A stretch of 25,718 nt of DNA from a virus. Taxonomy: Duplodnaviria > Caudoviricetes. The stretch is taken from positions 1-25,718 of IMG/VR virus record IMGVR_UViG_3300020258_000040. The stretch is one strand, 5' to 3'. How positions within the stretch are numbered: the first letter of the stretch is position 1; the number at the start of each line of letters is the position of its first letter. Both the position numbers and the translations under genes were made by a program. The notes beneath the pieces are model-generated. The model was given only the letters and a program-made list of their open reading frames with translations. It did no database searches and had not been told where the DNA came from. Shown piece by piece: positions 1-8,793 of the stretch.

Positions 1-29
1 CCAGCGACCATATTAATTAAATCATCCAT
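1..29 (-). CDS. 5' end of a small protein downstream of the portal gene (gp67-like prohead core position); partial, runs off the window
   Basis: ATG at 29 reads MDDLINMVA(G). It follows a late promoter at 52-58 and occupies the position of the small acidic ORF after g20 in T4-like cyanophages. Not in the ORF track because it is truncated. Confidence 0.6.
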
Positions 30-51
30 AATTATGTATTGGCTACACGCC

Positions 52-58
52 TATTTAT
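52..58 (-). promoter_or_regulatory. T4-like late promoter (ATAAATA)
   Basis: Plus-strand tatttat, 23 nt upstream of the ATG at 29; matches the gp55 -10 box TATAAATA. Confidence 0.7.
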
Positions 59-65
59 CACTTTA

Positions 66-1736
66 TTAGATTTCCCCGCCTTGTGGCATCTCAGGAGCCT
101 CTGTGGCACTACCATCTACTTCAGGTTCTGTGACAGGTTGTCCCATATCCATACCCATTGCTGCACCCATCTCGGCTTGTTGTGCAACAATAGGATCCAT
201 GATCTTACCGTCTTTAATTTCTTTTTCGATTTCTTTGTCCATCTCTTCAATTTCAGTATCAGTGAATTTGAGGATGTTTCTTCTTACATAACCAGTAGAG
301 AAGTATTTTCCGAGATATGGTTCAACAGCACCTACAACAGCCAACCTCTCATTCATCAACTCAGTTTCTTTGAGTTCAGAGAAATGGTTATCGTATACAA
401 AGTCATATTGAATATGATCACCCAAAGTCTCCCAGTCTTCAGGAGAAACAATGTTTTTCAGAATAAGTTGAGTCTTCAACATGTCATTAAAGACTGTAGA
501 GAATCTCTTTCTCATTCTTCCGACGAACTTAGTAAACTTAATTTCGTCTCTTAAGATTTCAGAAGAACGACCAAGATTGAATCCTTCACCAGATCCAGCA
601 ATACGAGATTCAGGAACACCTAATGCTCTGTATAGTTTCTTCTGGAAGTATTCAATATCAGAAAGTTCACCGAGATTTTGTCCGCCAGGAAGAGTTGTGA
701 TCTCAGTACCTCTTCCTCCTTCACGACGAGGTAACCAGAAATCTTCAAGCATACTCATATGCTTACGATCATCTTTAACCTCACCAGTAGATGCGTTATA
801 AACCAGTTTATTGCGATAACGGTTCATAACATCACGCAGATATTGTTCTGCTTTGATCTTAGGTAAGTTACCTACATCAATATAGAAAATTCTTCTTTCT
901 GGAGCACGACTCAACCTGTAGATAACAAGAGAGTCTTCAATCATTCTAAGTTGATTGAGTGCCTTGATTGACTTGTGTAAGTAAGAAAGAATAGTCTGTT
1001 TGTTTCTGTCAACCAAACCAGAATGACAGAAAGTGATTGAGTCAGGAGCAATCTTGACTTTTGCCAGTTGGTCTTTAAAAGCTGGTTGACCAATACCACC
1101 AAGATTATTCTTTGCTGCTCCTACTTGTGGATCATAAAGATAATACTCTTCAATTTTTGGTGTCTCTACATTCTCTGCCCCTACTGCTTGTCTAACAACA
1201 GTATTCAGGCTTTTATCATTTTTCTTAAGTTTACGAACAAACTTAATTTTAAGTGGATCAATATATCTTACTTCTTTTAAACCTTCTTCTGGAGCATTGA
1301 CATCAATTACCTTATGGTAAAAGACTCTACCATCAATGTACCAATTTCTTAAAATCTCATGACATTTTTTATCGAAGTCCAAGAGTTCCTTCACTTTAGT
1401 GAACTCTTCTCTAATCATTTTCTTTAAAGAATCCGACGCAGGAAGGTTCTCCAAGTCAATCTGGACAGGAGAATCGTTCTGGTCGGATACGATTGCTTCA
1501 TTTATAATATCTTCAATGGCACTATCCACTTCGGGATGAAGTGCCATTTCTCTATAACGTTTGATGAGATCAGCTTCGGACTTATAAACTCCGTCGATGT
1601 CTACATACTGCCCATAAAAACCACTAGAAACATAATAGTCGGAAGAGTCCTCGTCAGTTCTGGGAACAGGGGACACAATACCTTTAGATTTGTCCTTGGA
1701 CTCATCCTCTATTTTAAAACCAAATAATTTAGCCAT
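66..1736 (-). CDS. g20: Portal vertex protein (T4 gp20)
   Basis: 556 aa with gp20 motifs IYRLSRAPERRIFYIDVGNLP, EDFWLPRREGGRGTEITTLPGGQNLGE and RDEIKFTKFV; follows g19. Confidence 0.98.
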   Translation of the reverse strand: MAKLFGFKIEDESKDKSKGIVSPVPRTDEDSSDYYVSSGFYGQYVDIDGVYKSEADLIKRYREMALHPEVDSAIEDIINEAIVSDQNDSPVQIDLENLPASDSLKKMIREEFTKVKELLDFDKKCHEILRNWYIDGRVFYHKVIDVNAPEEGLKEVRYIDPLKIKFVRKLKKNDKSLNTVVRQAVGAENVETPKIEEYYLYDPQVGAAKNNLGGIGQPAFKDQLAKVKIAPDSITFCHSGLVDRNKQTILSYLHKSIKALNQLRMIEDSLVIYRLSRAPERRIFYIDVGNLPKIKAEQYLRDVMNRYRNKLVYNASTGEVKDDRKHMSMLEDFWLPRREGGRGTEITTLPGGQNLGELSDIEYFQKKLYRALGVPESRIAGSGEGFNLGRSSEILRDEIKFTKFVGRMRKRFSTVFNDMLKTQLILKNIVSPEDWETLGDHIQYDFVYDNHFSELKETELMNERLAVVGAVEPYLGKYFSTGYVRRNILKFTDTEIEEMDKEIEKEIKDGKIMDPIVAQQAEMGAAMGMDMGQPVTEPEVDGSATEAPEMPQGGEI

Positions 1737-1764
1737 GAATCAAGTTGTATGGGCTTTACCCATG

Positions 1765-1771
1765 TATTTAG
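1765..1771 (-). promoter_or_regulatory. Late promoter for g20 (CTAAATA)
   Basis: Plus-strand tatttag in the g19-g20 gap, 29 nt before the g20 ATG. Confidence 0.7.
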
Positions 1772-1780
1772 TAAGGTTTC

Positions 1781-2500
1781 CTAGTCCCCTTGTGAATCAC
1801 CAGTTGCTGCAGCAACTCCATTAACGATAGATTGTTCCTCAGAGTCAAGAATAGTCTTACCATTCTTATCAAGAGCATCCCACCATTGAACCTGAAGATC
1901 TACTGTAAACTCTTCAATAGTATCAGAGTTATCGTAAGAAACTTCAATAGCACCAACAGATGTTGGGAATACACCATGGAAAAGATAGCTCTTAAGAACT
2001 GGTACGTTCGCAGATGCTACAATAGGAACACCCTTAGGTGAAGCTGCTTTTGTGCTTGCAAGAGTGTTTCTACCGAGTTGATGAACTCTAGCGTCAGCTT
2101 GATATTGTCTGGGGTTAATGTAACCAGAAGCATTGTCATGCTTATTGATTCCATTCATCCATCGTTCAAAAGCATTTCTGATGCCAAAGTCGATGTCGTT
2201 GATGATGGTAATTGTCCAAACATCGAATGTTCTATCCCCAGCAATCTTAAGGTTCCTTCCTCGGAAGGGAACCTCGATTACGTTGATGTTAGATGCAGGG
2301 AGATTCGCGGCCTTAACCATGAATCTTGCAGCTGCCGCTGCAGTTTCACCCTTGATGTCATCTCCAGCATCAACAAAAGAAGGGAATTGAAGTTCGACTT
2401 CGAACAGATTAGGTCTCGCAGCACCACCGATCAATTTCGATTTGAAATCCTCAATGGTCCTGTCTGCGATATCGGGATGATTTTTTGAAAAGTTAGCCAT
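1781..2500 (-). CDS. g19: Tail tube protein (T4 gp19)
   Basis: GGAARPNLFEV, VPFRGRNLKIAGDRTFDVWTITIIND, FPTSVGAIEVSYD..DTIEEFTV; RBS AGAGGT upstream; follows g18. Confidence 0.96.
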   Translation of the reverse strand: MANFSKNHPDIADRTIEDFKSKLIGGAARPNLFEVELQFPSFVDAGDDIKGETAAAAARFMVKAANLPASNINVIEVPFRGRNLKIAGDRTFDVWTITIINDIDFGIRNAFERWMNGINKHDNASGYINPRQYQADARVHQLGRNTLASTKAASPKGVPIVASANVPVLKSYLFHGVFPTSVGAIEVSYDNSDTIEEFTVDLQVQWWDALDKNGKTILDSEEQSIVNGVAAATGDSQGD

Positions 2501-2520
2501 CGTTAAAGATACCTCTAGTG

Positions 2521-2527
2521 GATTTAG
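2521..2527 (-). promoter_or_regulatory. Possible variant late promoter for g19 (CTAAATC)
   Basis: One mismatch to the box seen elsewhere in the window, in the equivalent intergenic position. Confidence 0.35.
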
Positions 2528-2540
2528 TTAAGATAATTGA

Positions 2541-4952
2541 TCAGACAGCACCGATCACTTCATCGAAGCTGATACCAGATCTCGTAGCAACGAATGTAAG
2601 ACCGATGAAGTTAATCGATCTTGCAGGCTTGACGAAGATGTCAGCCTTGAACTGGTTAGCGTCAATGATATCGGGAGTGTTATTAGTTTCGTCGCAGATT
2701 ACTACGAAGTCACTAATACCTCTCTTCGCTTTAACATCGCGAAGATAAGGTTCAACGATATTGAGGAAGTTTGTTCTTGTAAGAACATCGTTAAACTCAA
2801 ACAGTTGAGCTCTTGCGGCTCTCTCGATAGTTGCCTCAATAGTGAGGAACAGGCGACGAACGTTGATTCTGTCAAAAGCAGATGCAACTTTCAGAGCAGT
2901 CTTGTCACCAAACAGAACCATGCCAGCTCCAGGGCTGAACATGACTGGGTTAATTCTCTTAGGATAGAGAAGATCTCTTTGTGCCTGAGAAGGATTGTAT
3001 GCAAGTTTAATTGCATTATTAATTGTTCCTCTCTGAGCACCCGCTGGTGAGAACCAAGGGAAAGAGTTGATGGAAGTTCTTGCCATCAATCCAGCGATGT
3101 CACCATTCAGAGGGATATATCTGAATGTATTGTTGAATCTGTCATACATGTACTTGTATCCAGAGTCAAACACACCGTAAGAAGTAGAAGGCAGAGCATC
3201 ATAGAACTGTACGATGTTTGCAGTCTGTGTATCTGGATTTGTAACATTAACAACTCCAGCTCTGTGTGGAGAGATACATGCGATACAATCCTTACGAGTT
3301 CCTGCAATCTGCAAGAGTTTTGAAGCTTTTGCTTGTGATTCGTAAATTGTAGATCCACCTGAAGGTCCGTTAATCAAGAAGTTAACAGAGTATTCTGCAG
3401 GGTTGTCTAAAACAGAGTATCCCGATACAACATCACCAAGTGCTACATCGAATCTATCAATACCACCGTAATCGTTACCGCTTTCCATTGAGTAGGATTT
3501 AGAACCGATTGCGTTGTAAGTAGATCCTTGTGCATTTGTACCCCATCCACCAGTGCTATCTACTGTATATCCACTCATAGTAGTGAACTTAACACCGATA
3601 CCACTATGAGCAGCACCAACAAAGATGTAATCAGAGAAGTTAGCGATGTAGTCTTTGTAGTAAGTAGCAGTAGATGGTGAAACTTTTGCGTCAGCAGCCT
3701 TAGAAAGTCCAGTCCACTTCTCAACAATGTTTCCTGCACTACCTGTTACATCTCCAGTGTCATCAACAACTACGACATGGATTTCATCATGTTCACCGTT
3801 TCTCTCGCCAGCATACTCAGAAGTCTTAGGACGTTCTGCAATACTCTTCCAGTAAATTGTGCTATTACTTAATCCAAGAGTCTGATCATTGTACCAGTCC
3901 CTTACAGTATTGATGTCAGAAAGGAGAAGTCCTGTTCCGATTCCAGACTTAATAATGAATGTGGTATTTGCCATACCAACACCAGCAGTCTGGTCAAGAA
4001 TAACGCCTGGGTTTGCAGCAGTCGTGAAACCAACAACATTTGCAGTTAATGTTCCGTTAAGTGACTTAAGTTCATCACCGAAAGTAACATATCTGCTATC
4101 GAAACTATCAAGAGTTACGATAGAAGAACCAGAACTAACAGATCCACCGAATCTGTTTCTTTCAATTTGCTGTTCTGTTCCAGAGTTGTTGTAAATTCTG
4201 TATCTGTTTTCGAAGTTGTCAAGACCTTGAGTTCCGATTCCAGCAGCTAAGTTAGCATCGTAACCTAAGAATGCATTGATTCTACTTCCTTCTTCATAAG
4301 CAACACTAGACCACTTGTTGTTATTGTAAGTGTACTTAGAAGTCAGTTTGACATCAATCGAACCTGAGTTGATTTGAGTAATGATACCTTTAAGATATCC
4401 TGTGTGAACTCCAACAGTACCGTCAGACATTGCAACGGATGTGGAGAATCCAGCAGTGATAGCGTATCCTACTACAAGACCATCTGTACCAACTCCAAGT
4501 CTTTGATCTGCAAGACCGTCAATGATGCAAACTTTTAAGTTATTTGACCATGAGCCTGGATTTCTAGCAGCGTAATGCCAATCCTCGTCAGTAGTGTGAT
4601 TGGTGTAGTAATCCTCACTGGATAAAATCTTTAAATTAGTTACTGAAACAGAAGAAGGAACGTTCGCATTTGCGAGTGTTGCCCCATCAGTTCTAATAAC
4701 TCTTAATACACCACCATATGAAAGATATGAAGAAGCAGTGTGCCAATATTCGTACTGTCCGTCAGCAGAGTAAGGCTTACCAAACGTATTAAGCAGATCC
4801 TGTTCTGTTTCAACTAAGATAGGTACTCCAACTGGACCTTGGGAAAAAGGACCTGCGATTGCACCAACCTGATCATTAATGTCGTCAATTCTGCCAATAG
4901 TTAAGTCAACTTCTCTTACCTTGACTCCTGGTGATACTAAATTTAACGCCAT
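2541..4952 (-). CDS. g18: Contractile tail sheath protein (T4 gp18)
   Basis: N-terminal LVSPGVKVREVDLT; C-terminal PWFSPAG..RG, GDKT....SAFDRINVRRLF, FEFND..TR and IFVKPARSINFI; 803 aa; RBS AGAGGA. Confidence 0.97.
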   Translation of the reverse strand: MALNLVSPGVKVREVDLTIGRIDDINDQVGAIAGPFSQGPVGVPILVETEQDLLNTFGKPYSADGQYEYWHTASSYLSYGGVLRVIRTDGATLANANVPSSVSVTNLKILSSEDYYTNHTTDEDWHYAARNPGSWSNNLKVCIIDGLADQRLGVGTDGLVVGYAITAGFSTSVAMSDGTVGVHTGYLKGIITQINSGSIDVKLTSKYTYNNNKWSSVAYEEGSRINAFLGYDANLAAGIGTQGLDNFENRYRIYNNSGTEQQIERNRFGGSVSSGSSIVTLDSFDSRYVTFGDELKSLNGTLTANVVGFTTAANPGVILDQTAGVGMANTTFIIKSGIGTGLLLSDINTVRDWYNDQTLGLSNSTIYWKSIAERPKTSEYAGERNGEHDEIHVVVVDDTGDVTGSAGNIVEKWTGLSKAADAKVSPSTATYYKDYIANFSDYIFVGAAHSGIGVKFTTMSGYTVDSTGGWGTNAQGSTYNAIGSKSYSMESGNDYGGIDRFDVALGDVVSGYSVLDNPAEYSVNFLINGPSGGSTIYESQAKASKLLQIAGTRKDCIACISPHRAGVVNVTNPDTQTANIVQFYDALPSTSYGVFDSGYKYMYDRFNNTFRYIPLNGDIAGLMARTSINSFPWFSPAGAQRGTINNAIKLAYNPSQAQRDLLYPKRINPVMFSPGAGMVLFGDKTALKVASAFDRINVRRLFLTIEATIERAARAQLFEFNDVLTRTNFLNIVEPYLRDVKAKRGISDFVVICDETNNTPDIIDANQFKADIFVKPARSINFIGLTFVATRSGISFDEVIGAV

Positions 4953-4988
4953 GTCTTAGTCCTCTGAAGAAGTTCATTTCTCTGTTAT

Positions 4989-4995
4989 TATTTAG
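4989..4995 (-). promoter_or_regulatory. Late promoter for g18 (CTAAATA)
   Basis: Plus-strand tatttag, 37 nt upstream of the g18 ATG. Confidence 0.7.
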
Positions 4996-5036
4996 AAATT
5001 GCTACTTTTTCACTGGGGAAACAATGCGTGAACCCT

Positions 5037-5255
5037 TTACCAGTCAGGATATACGTCTGGCAGGTTGCGTCTTCGTTTTAACTTAACTCTTTGTTTGGTA
5101 CATTCCTTACATTCATATGAATAGGCTGATCTATTCGCTCTGTTCCTTCTTGTTAGATAAAAATCAGATAGAAGAGACTTGACTTTACCACAAGACCTAC
5201 AAGTCCTTTCCTGTAAATACAGATGTTCTAGGTCAAATTGATCTTCGAAATCCAT
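5037..5255 (-). CDS. Small zinc-finger protein (CxxC...CxxC), function unknown
   Basis: 72 aa with CRSC and CKEC and a basic tail; TAATG overlap with the upstream ORF at 5255. Confidence 0.75.
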   Translation of the reverse strand: MDFEDQFDLEHLYLQERTCRSCGKVKSLLSDFYLTRRNRANRSAYSYECKECTKQRVKLKRRRNLPDVYPDW

Positions 5256-5449
5256 TACTTCTCTGCGGCATACAATGCAAACGTAGATGTTGTGATAACG
5301 GTCATCATGTTAGCAATATGTTGTTTATCTGCCTCTCCGCACTTATTATCTTTAGCAATAAAACAACCCACTATAGTTGATGCTACTATTGCCAGTTGAA
5401 AAAAGATAACGAATCTTATTAGGTTTATAACTTGTTTTTTAGAATCCAT
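5255..5449 (-). CDS. Small predicted membrane protein (about 64 aa)
   Basis: Start moved to the ATG at 5449, which gives a TAATG overlap with the g17 stop. Two hydrophobic segments: FVIFFQLAIVASTIVGCFI and MMTVITTSTFALYAA. Confidence 0.65.
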   Translation of the reverse strand: MDSKKQVINLIRFVIFFQLAIVASTIVGCFIAKDNKCGEADKQHIANMMTVITTSTFALYAAEK

Positions 5450-7101
5450 TAGTAATACTCCCACATATAAGACCTATCACCATATTCATCAACATTCCAT
5501 CTGTCCCCATCGCCATCTACAAATGATGTGTCATCAAGACCATCACTCATAAACCCAAATGGAGCCATATCTTGTTCGATCTGATTCTTTTGTTCATCAT
5601 ATAATCTTTTACGAATATCATCATCCGTCATCTCCTTAAAATAATCTTGAGCAACTAACCATGCAAAGATTACGAGACACATTGCGAGGTCATCATTACA
5701 ACCTTCTTCTGCCTGGAATGTATTCTTTGTTTGAATGAACGTGGTCAACTCAGCAATAGTATCGTAGTCACAAATAAGAAGTTTATCAGATTCGATTAAT
5801 GACTTTAAGTTTAGTGATCCTATCTGTTTGACTGTCTTACTCATTTTGACACCCAATTGTGTCTTCTTACCAGAAAACCCCTGTCCCACAACTTGACCTG
5901 CTCTACCTCTCATAGAACACATTAAAAGGTTTTGATATTCCAAGTCATAGTTTATAATAGATGCAACCTGATCACCAATATCATTTACTTCACATAAAAT
6001 GTATGCATTATTATATGCCTTTGCAAATTCATAGATGACACTAGGAAAGATCATCGGTTTGATCGTATTGTTCCTATATTTTGCAACTAACTTATATGGA
6101 AACTCTGTGACATCAAATACTCCAAAAGCAGAGTAATCTTTCTCTACACCTCTAGCAACGTCAACTGTTACCACATAATTATGTTCTGGTATTGGATTTT
6201 GAAATATATCTCCACCATTACTTCTACCAATAGGCTCATCATATGATAATGATTTTAACTTTGCAGGAGCAATCAAAGTATCAATAGATCCTAAGAACTC
6301 ACACTCAAACTCAACACGGAACTGTTGTTCTGATGTGTTCTTAATTGTTTGTTCTTTCCAAGCCTCATCTCTGCCTGGTACTTCTGACCAGTGAACGTCT
6401 GTAGTTACATATTCATTTCTACCAAGTTCTGCATCATGCCATAACCTATAGAAGTGATTCATACCCTTGGGGGTAGAAACGATAATCACTTTTGTAGATT
6501 TACCAGATGAAATCGTAGGATATACAGAACTGAAGAAGTCGTCTGCAATATGGTTTGGAATGAACGCAAATTCGTCCAAGAAGATGATGTTGAACGACAT
6601 GCCTCGAACGGCAGATGCAGACGTAGATGCAGCAACAATCTTTGATTTATTTTCCAACTCCATAGAACCTTTGTTCCAAGCAACAATACCTTGTTGCATC
6701 CAATGAGGTAGTGCCTCATATGCAGTTTGAAGTCTACCTAATAGTTCTCTGGCAGTTGCAGCTTTGTTTGCAAGTATACCAATATTAACGCTATCGTTGA
6801 AGAGTGCGTAATGGAGGAGATATGAAACAACGGTTGTTGACTTTCCCGACTGTCGGGGCATCTTACAAATATTGAATCTATTTTCATGGAAATTTTTTAC
6901 TAACTTCTCCTGAAATGGATACATCTCAAAAGGTACAAGACCTTCATCGAGGTTAATGATTCGGATATATTTCTCGGTAAAATATACAGGATCATCTTTA
7001 CACTTAAGATATTCCCTAATATTTTCTTCTGTCCAATCTACAGATACGTTAGCTTTCTTTAGATTGGGATTACCAAGGTATAGGTCAGCTTGATTTGCCA
7101 T
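5449..7101 (-). CDS. g17: Terminase large subunit (T4 gp17)
   Basis: YLGNPNLKK, Walker A PRQSGKST, Walker B IIFLDEFAF, STPKGMNHFY; nuclease motifs VDVARG..DYSA and DDLAM; 550 aa with no intron or intein. Confidence 0.98.
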   Translation of the reverse strand: MANQADLYLGNPNLKKANVSVDWTEENIREYLKCKDDPVYFTEKYIRIINLDEGLVPFEMYPFQEKLVKNFHENRFNICKMPRQSGKSTTVVSYLLHYALFNDSVNIGILANKAATARELLGRLQTAYEALPHWMQQGIVAWNKGSMELENKSKIVAASTSASAVRGMSFNIIFLDEFAFIPNHIADDFFSSVYPTISSGKSTKVIIVSTPKGMNHFYRLWHDAELGRNEYVTTDVHWSEVPGRDEAWKEQTIKNTSEQQFRVEFECEFLGSIDTLIAPAKLKSLSYDEPIGRSNGGDIFQNPIPEHNYVVTVDVARGVEKDYSAFGVFDVTEFPYKLVAKYRNNTIKPMIFPSVIYEFAKAYNNAYILCEVNDIGDQVASIINYDLEYQNLLMCSMRGRAGQVVGQGFSGKKTQLGVKMSKTVKQIGSLNLKSLIESDKLLICDYDTIAELTTFIQTKNTFQAEEGCNDDLAMCLVIFAWLVAQDYFKEMTDDDIRKRLYDEQKNQIEQDMAPFGFMSDGLDDTSFVDGDGDRWNVDEYGDRSYMWEYY

Positions 7102-7246
7102 TTTTCATTTTCCTCAATGCCAACAGAATCATCTGTAGTTCTGAATTCTTTTGAAGATCTTTTGGTGAAAGATCCTTGGATAGTAATTTAGGTTTTCTTT
7201 GTTTTAAAGCACCAGTCTTTAACATATTGGAGAGTGATTTCTCCAT
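7085..7246 (-). CDS. Small basic hypothetical protein between g16 and g17
   Basis: Fills the g16-g17 gap. The ATG at 7246 (MEKSL...) follows the g16 stop; the ORF-track start at 7291 is the alternative. Overlaps the g17 start by 17 nt. Confidence 0.45.
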   Translation of the reverse strand: MEKSLSNMLKTGALKQRKPKLLSKDLSPKDLQKNSELQMILLALRKMKNGKSS

Positions 7247-7259
7247 TTCTTTTCTAGCA

Positions 7260-7697
7260 CTATTTCTGTTGTTCTTCACCTTGCCCGCCATTTTTTAGAA
7301 ACTTTTGTAAGTCAGCCGTAGATCCAATAAACAGAGCATTGTTAGTGACACTGTTAGGACCTTTGGGATCTTCCTTATTTAAGTCTTTCATTTTTTGTTG
7401 TAGGTCAATTAACTTATCAGTTGCGTCCGCAACACTCTTAATTAACTGTCCAGCAACTTCATATGCTCTTGGCGAATCACTTTCCTGAGATAACTCAAGG
7501 ATACCATTTACAGCTTCTTGACCCTTTTCAATCAAAGAGTATAACTGAGATCTAGTGTATTCGTAATCTTTTTCCGACTCCTGTCCGCGATCTCTGGCTT
7601 TTGGAATTGGCTTGGGTTTCTTAACAATCTTAGTTTCCTCTATAGGAGTAACTTCAATATCTAAGGTTTTATCTATATCGTGGAATTCACTCTTCAT
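7260..7697 (-). CDS. g16: Terminase small subunit (T4 gp16)
   Basis: DYEYTR..LYSLIEKG, SPRAYEVAGQLIK, NNALFIGSTADLQK; ATGA overlap with g15. Confidence 0.95.
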   Translation of the reverse strand: MKSEFHDIDKTLDIEVTPIEETKIVKKPKPIPKARDRGQESEKDYEYTRSQLYSLIEKGQEAVNGILELSQESDSPRAYEVAGQLIKSVADATDKLIDLQQKMKDLNKEDPKGPNSVTNNALFIGSTADLQKFLKNGGQGEEQQK

Positions 7698-8764
7698 ACG
7701 TCTTCACCTTTCGAGGGACTATAGACCTTACCGTCATTATAATCATACTTAAATTCACTGAATCCAAAGTCATCAGCAGGTTCAATTAGTGCAGTATCTT
7801 GTGGGGTAATTGCATTTAATACAGCACCAAAATCATGTTGAGTAATCATACTACCATACTCACCCCTTCTAACTGTCAATCTATTAGCTGCAATAGACTT
7901 AATCTTCATGATCTCAGAATCAATCTCAATAAATGTTTCTGGGACCAGACTTGTAGCATCTGAGACTTCGAAGGATACTACCTTAGAATTAATAACTTCT
8001 GCAAGTGTAGTAGTTGCATCATTATTATAATCTCTGATTGCAAGAGGTTCTGCTGTATAACGTACCTGTCTAGATCCTGTCTTGAGATTTGAAGTATCTG
8101 TTTGATAATCAACCTGAACCTTCTTAATGAGACCTTCATCCGTAGAGGGTAGAGGTCCGTACATGTAAGTCTTTGCTGTAAAGTTTAAAGTATAAACAAT
8201 CTCTCTTCTTGTCAAATAATCATCAGTATAATTATCTTCAAAACTAATGCTTTCCAGAACAATAGGAACATCTTTCTTCTCTCCCAATACATCGAGCATG
8301 TCAATGGTTAAATTGAAACTGGGTTGAAAGTAAGGTAAAATTTGTTCAACGATCTGAAGTGCATCCTCATTTAGTTTTGCAAGAACATTCAACTGAATAT
8401 TAATATTATAAGGAACAGGCATGAAAGTTTTTGTCAGTCCCCCTGAAGCAGTATTAACTGCTTTGAAAGTCTGCATAGTAGAAACCTTTCGGGATCCATC
8501 ATACTGAATACCTACCATTTCAAAAGACATTCGAGGTAGATCTACACTCGATGCCGTTCTTGCAGCCCCTTCAGTTCTTAACTCGGGTCTTTGTTCCAAC
8601 CTTGCTAAGAATTTTTGTACAGGACCATATGCAATGGGAACCTTTACCACACTTAAGTTAGTACCAGCACTTGTCTTGGTACGAACCTCCATGTTATTAA
8701 ACAGGGTTCCAAAGGATATGATAGTCTTTCGAATGACCTGATGATAGAAATGAGGTGCTAACAT
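7694..8764 (-). CDS. g15: Tail sheath stabilizer / tail terminator (T4 gp15)
   Basis: FYHQVIRKTIISFGTLFNN, VPIAYGP..KFLARL, LPRMSFE, QIVEQILPYFQP; has an extra C-terminal module. Confidence 0.95.
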   Translation of the reverse strand: MLAPHFYHQVIRKTIISFGTLFNNMEVRTKTSAGTNLSVVKVPIAYGPVQKFLARLEQRPELRTEGAARTASSVDLPRMSFEMVGIQYDGSRKVSTMQTFKAVNTASGGLTKTFMPVPYNINIQLNVLAKLNEDALQIVEQILPYFQPSFNLTIDMLDVLGEKKDVPIVLESISFEDNYTDDYLTRREIVYTLNFTAKTYMYGPLPSTDEGLIKKVQVDYQTDTSNLKTGSRQVRYTAEPLAIRDYNNDATTTLAEVINSKVVSFEVSDATSLVPETFIEIDSEIMKIKSIAANRLTVRRGEYGSMITQHDFGAVLNAITPQDTALIEPADDFGFSEFKYDYNDGKVYSPSKGEDV

Positions 8765-8786
8765 AATAAGGTTAACTATTATACTT

Positions 8787-8793
8787 TATTTAG
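8787..8793 (-). promoter_or_regulatory. Late promoter for g15 (CTAAATA), sharing the g14 stop codon
   Basis: Plus-strand tatttag; the TAA of the box is the g14 stop at 8790-8792. Confidence 0.65.

Noticed and set aside
1749-1763. ATGGG-CTTTA-CCCAT hairpin in the g20 leader
   Set aside because: A 5-bp stem is too weak to call; at most a 5' stabiliser.
39-4194. Plus-strand ORFs opposite g20, g19 and g18, and alternate-frame ORFs in g18
   Set aside because: Shadows of well-supported genes, with no motifs, RBS or promoters.
5006-5035. Possible structured RNA or terminator upstream of the g18 promoter
   Set aside because: Only 5-bp alternative stems and no U-tract on the coding strand; needs covariation data.
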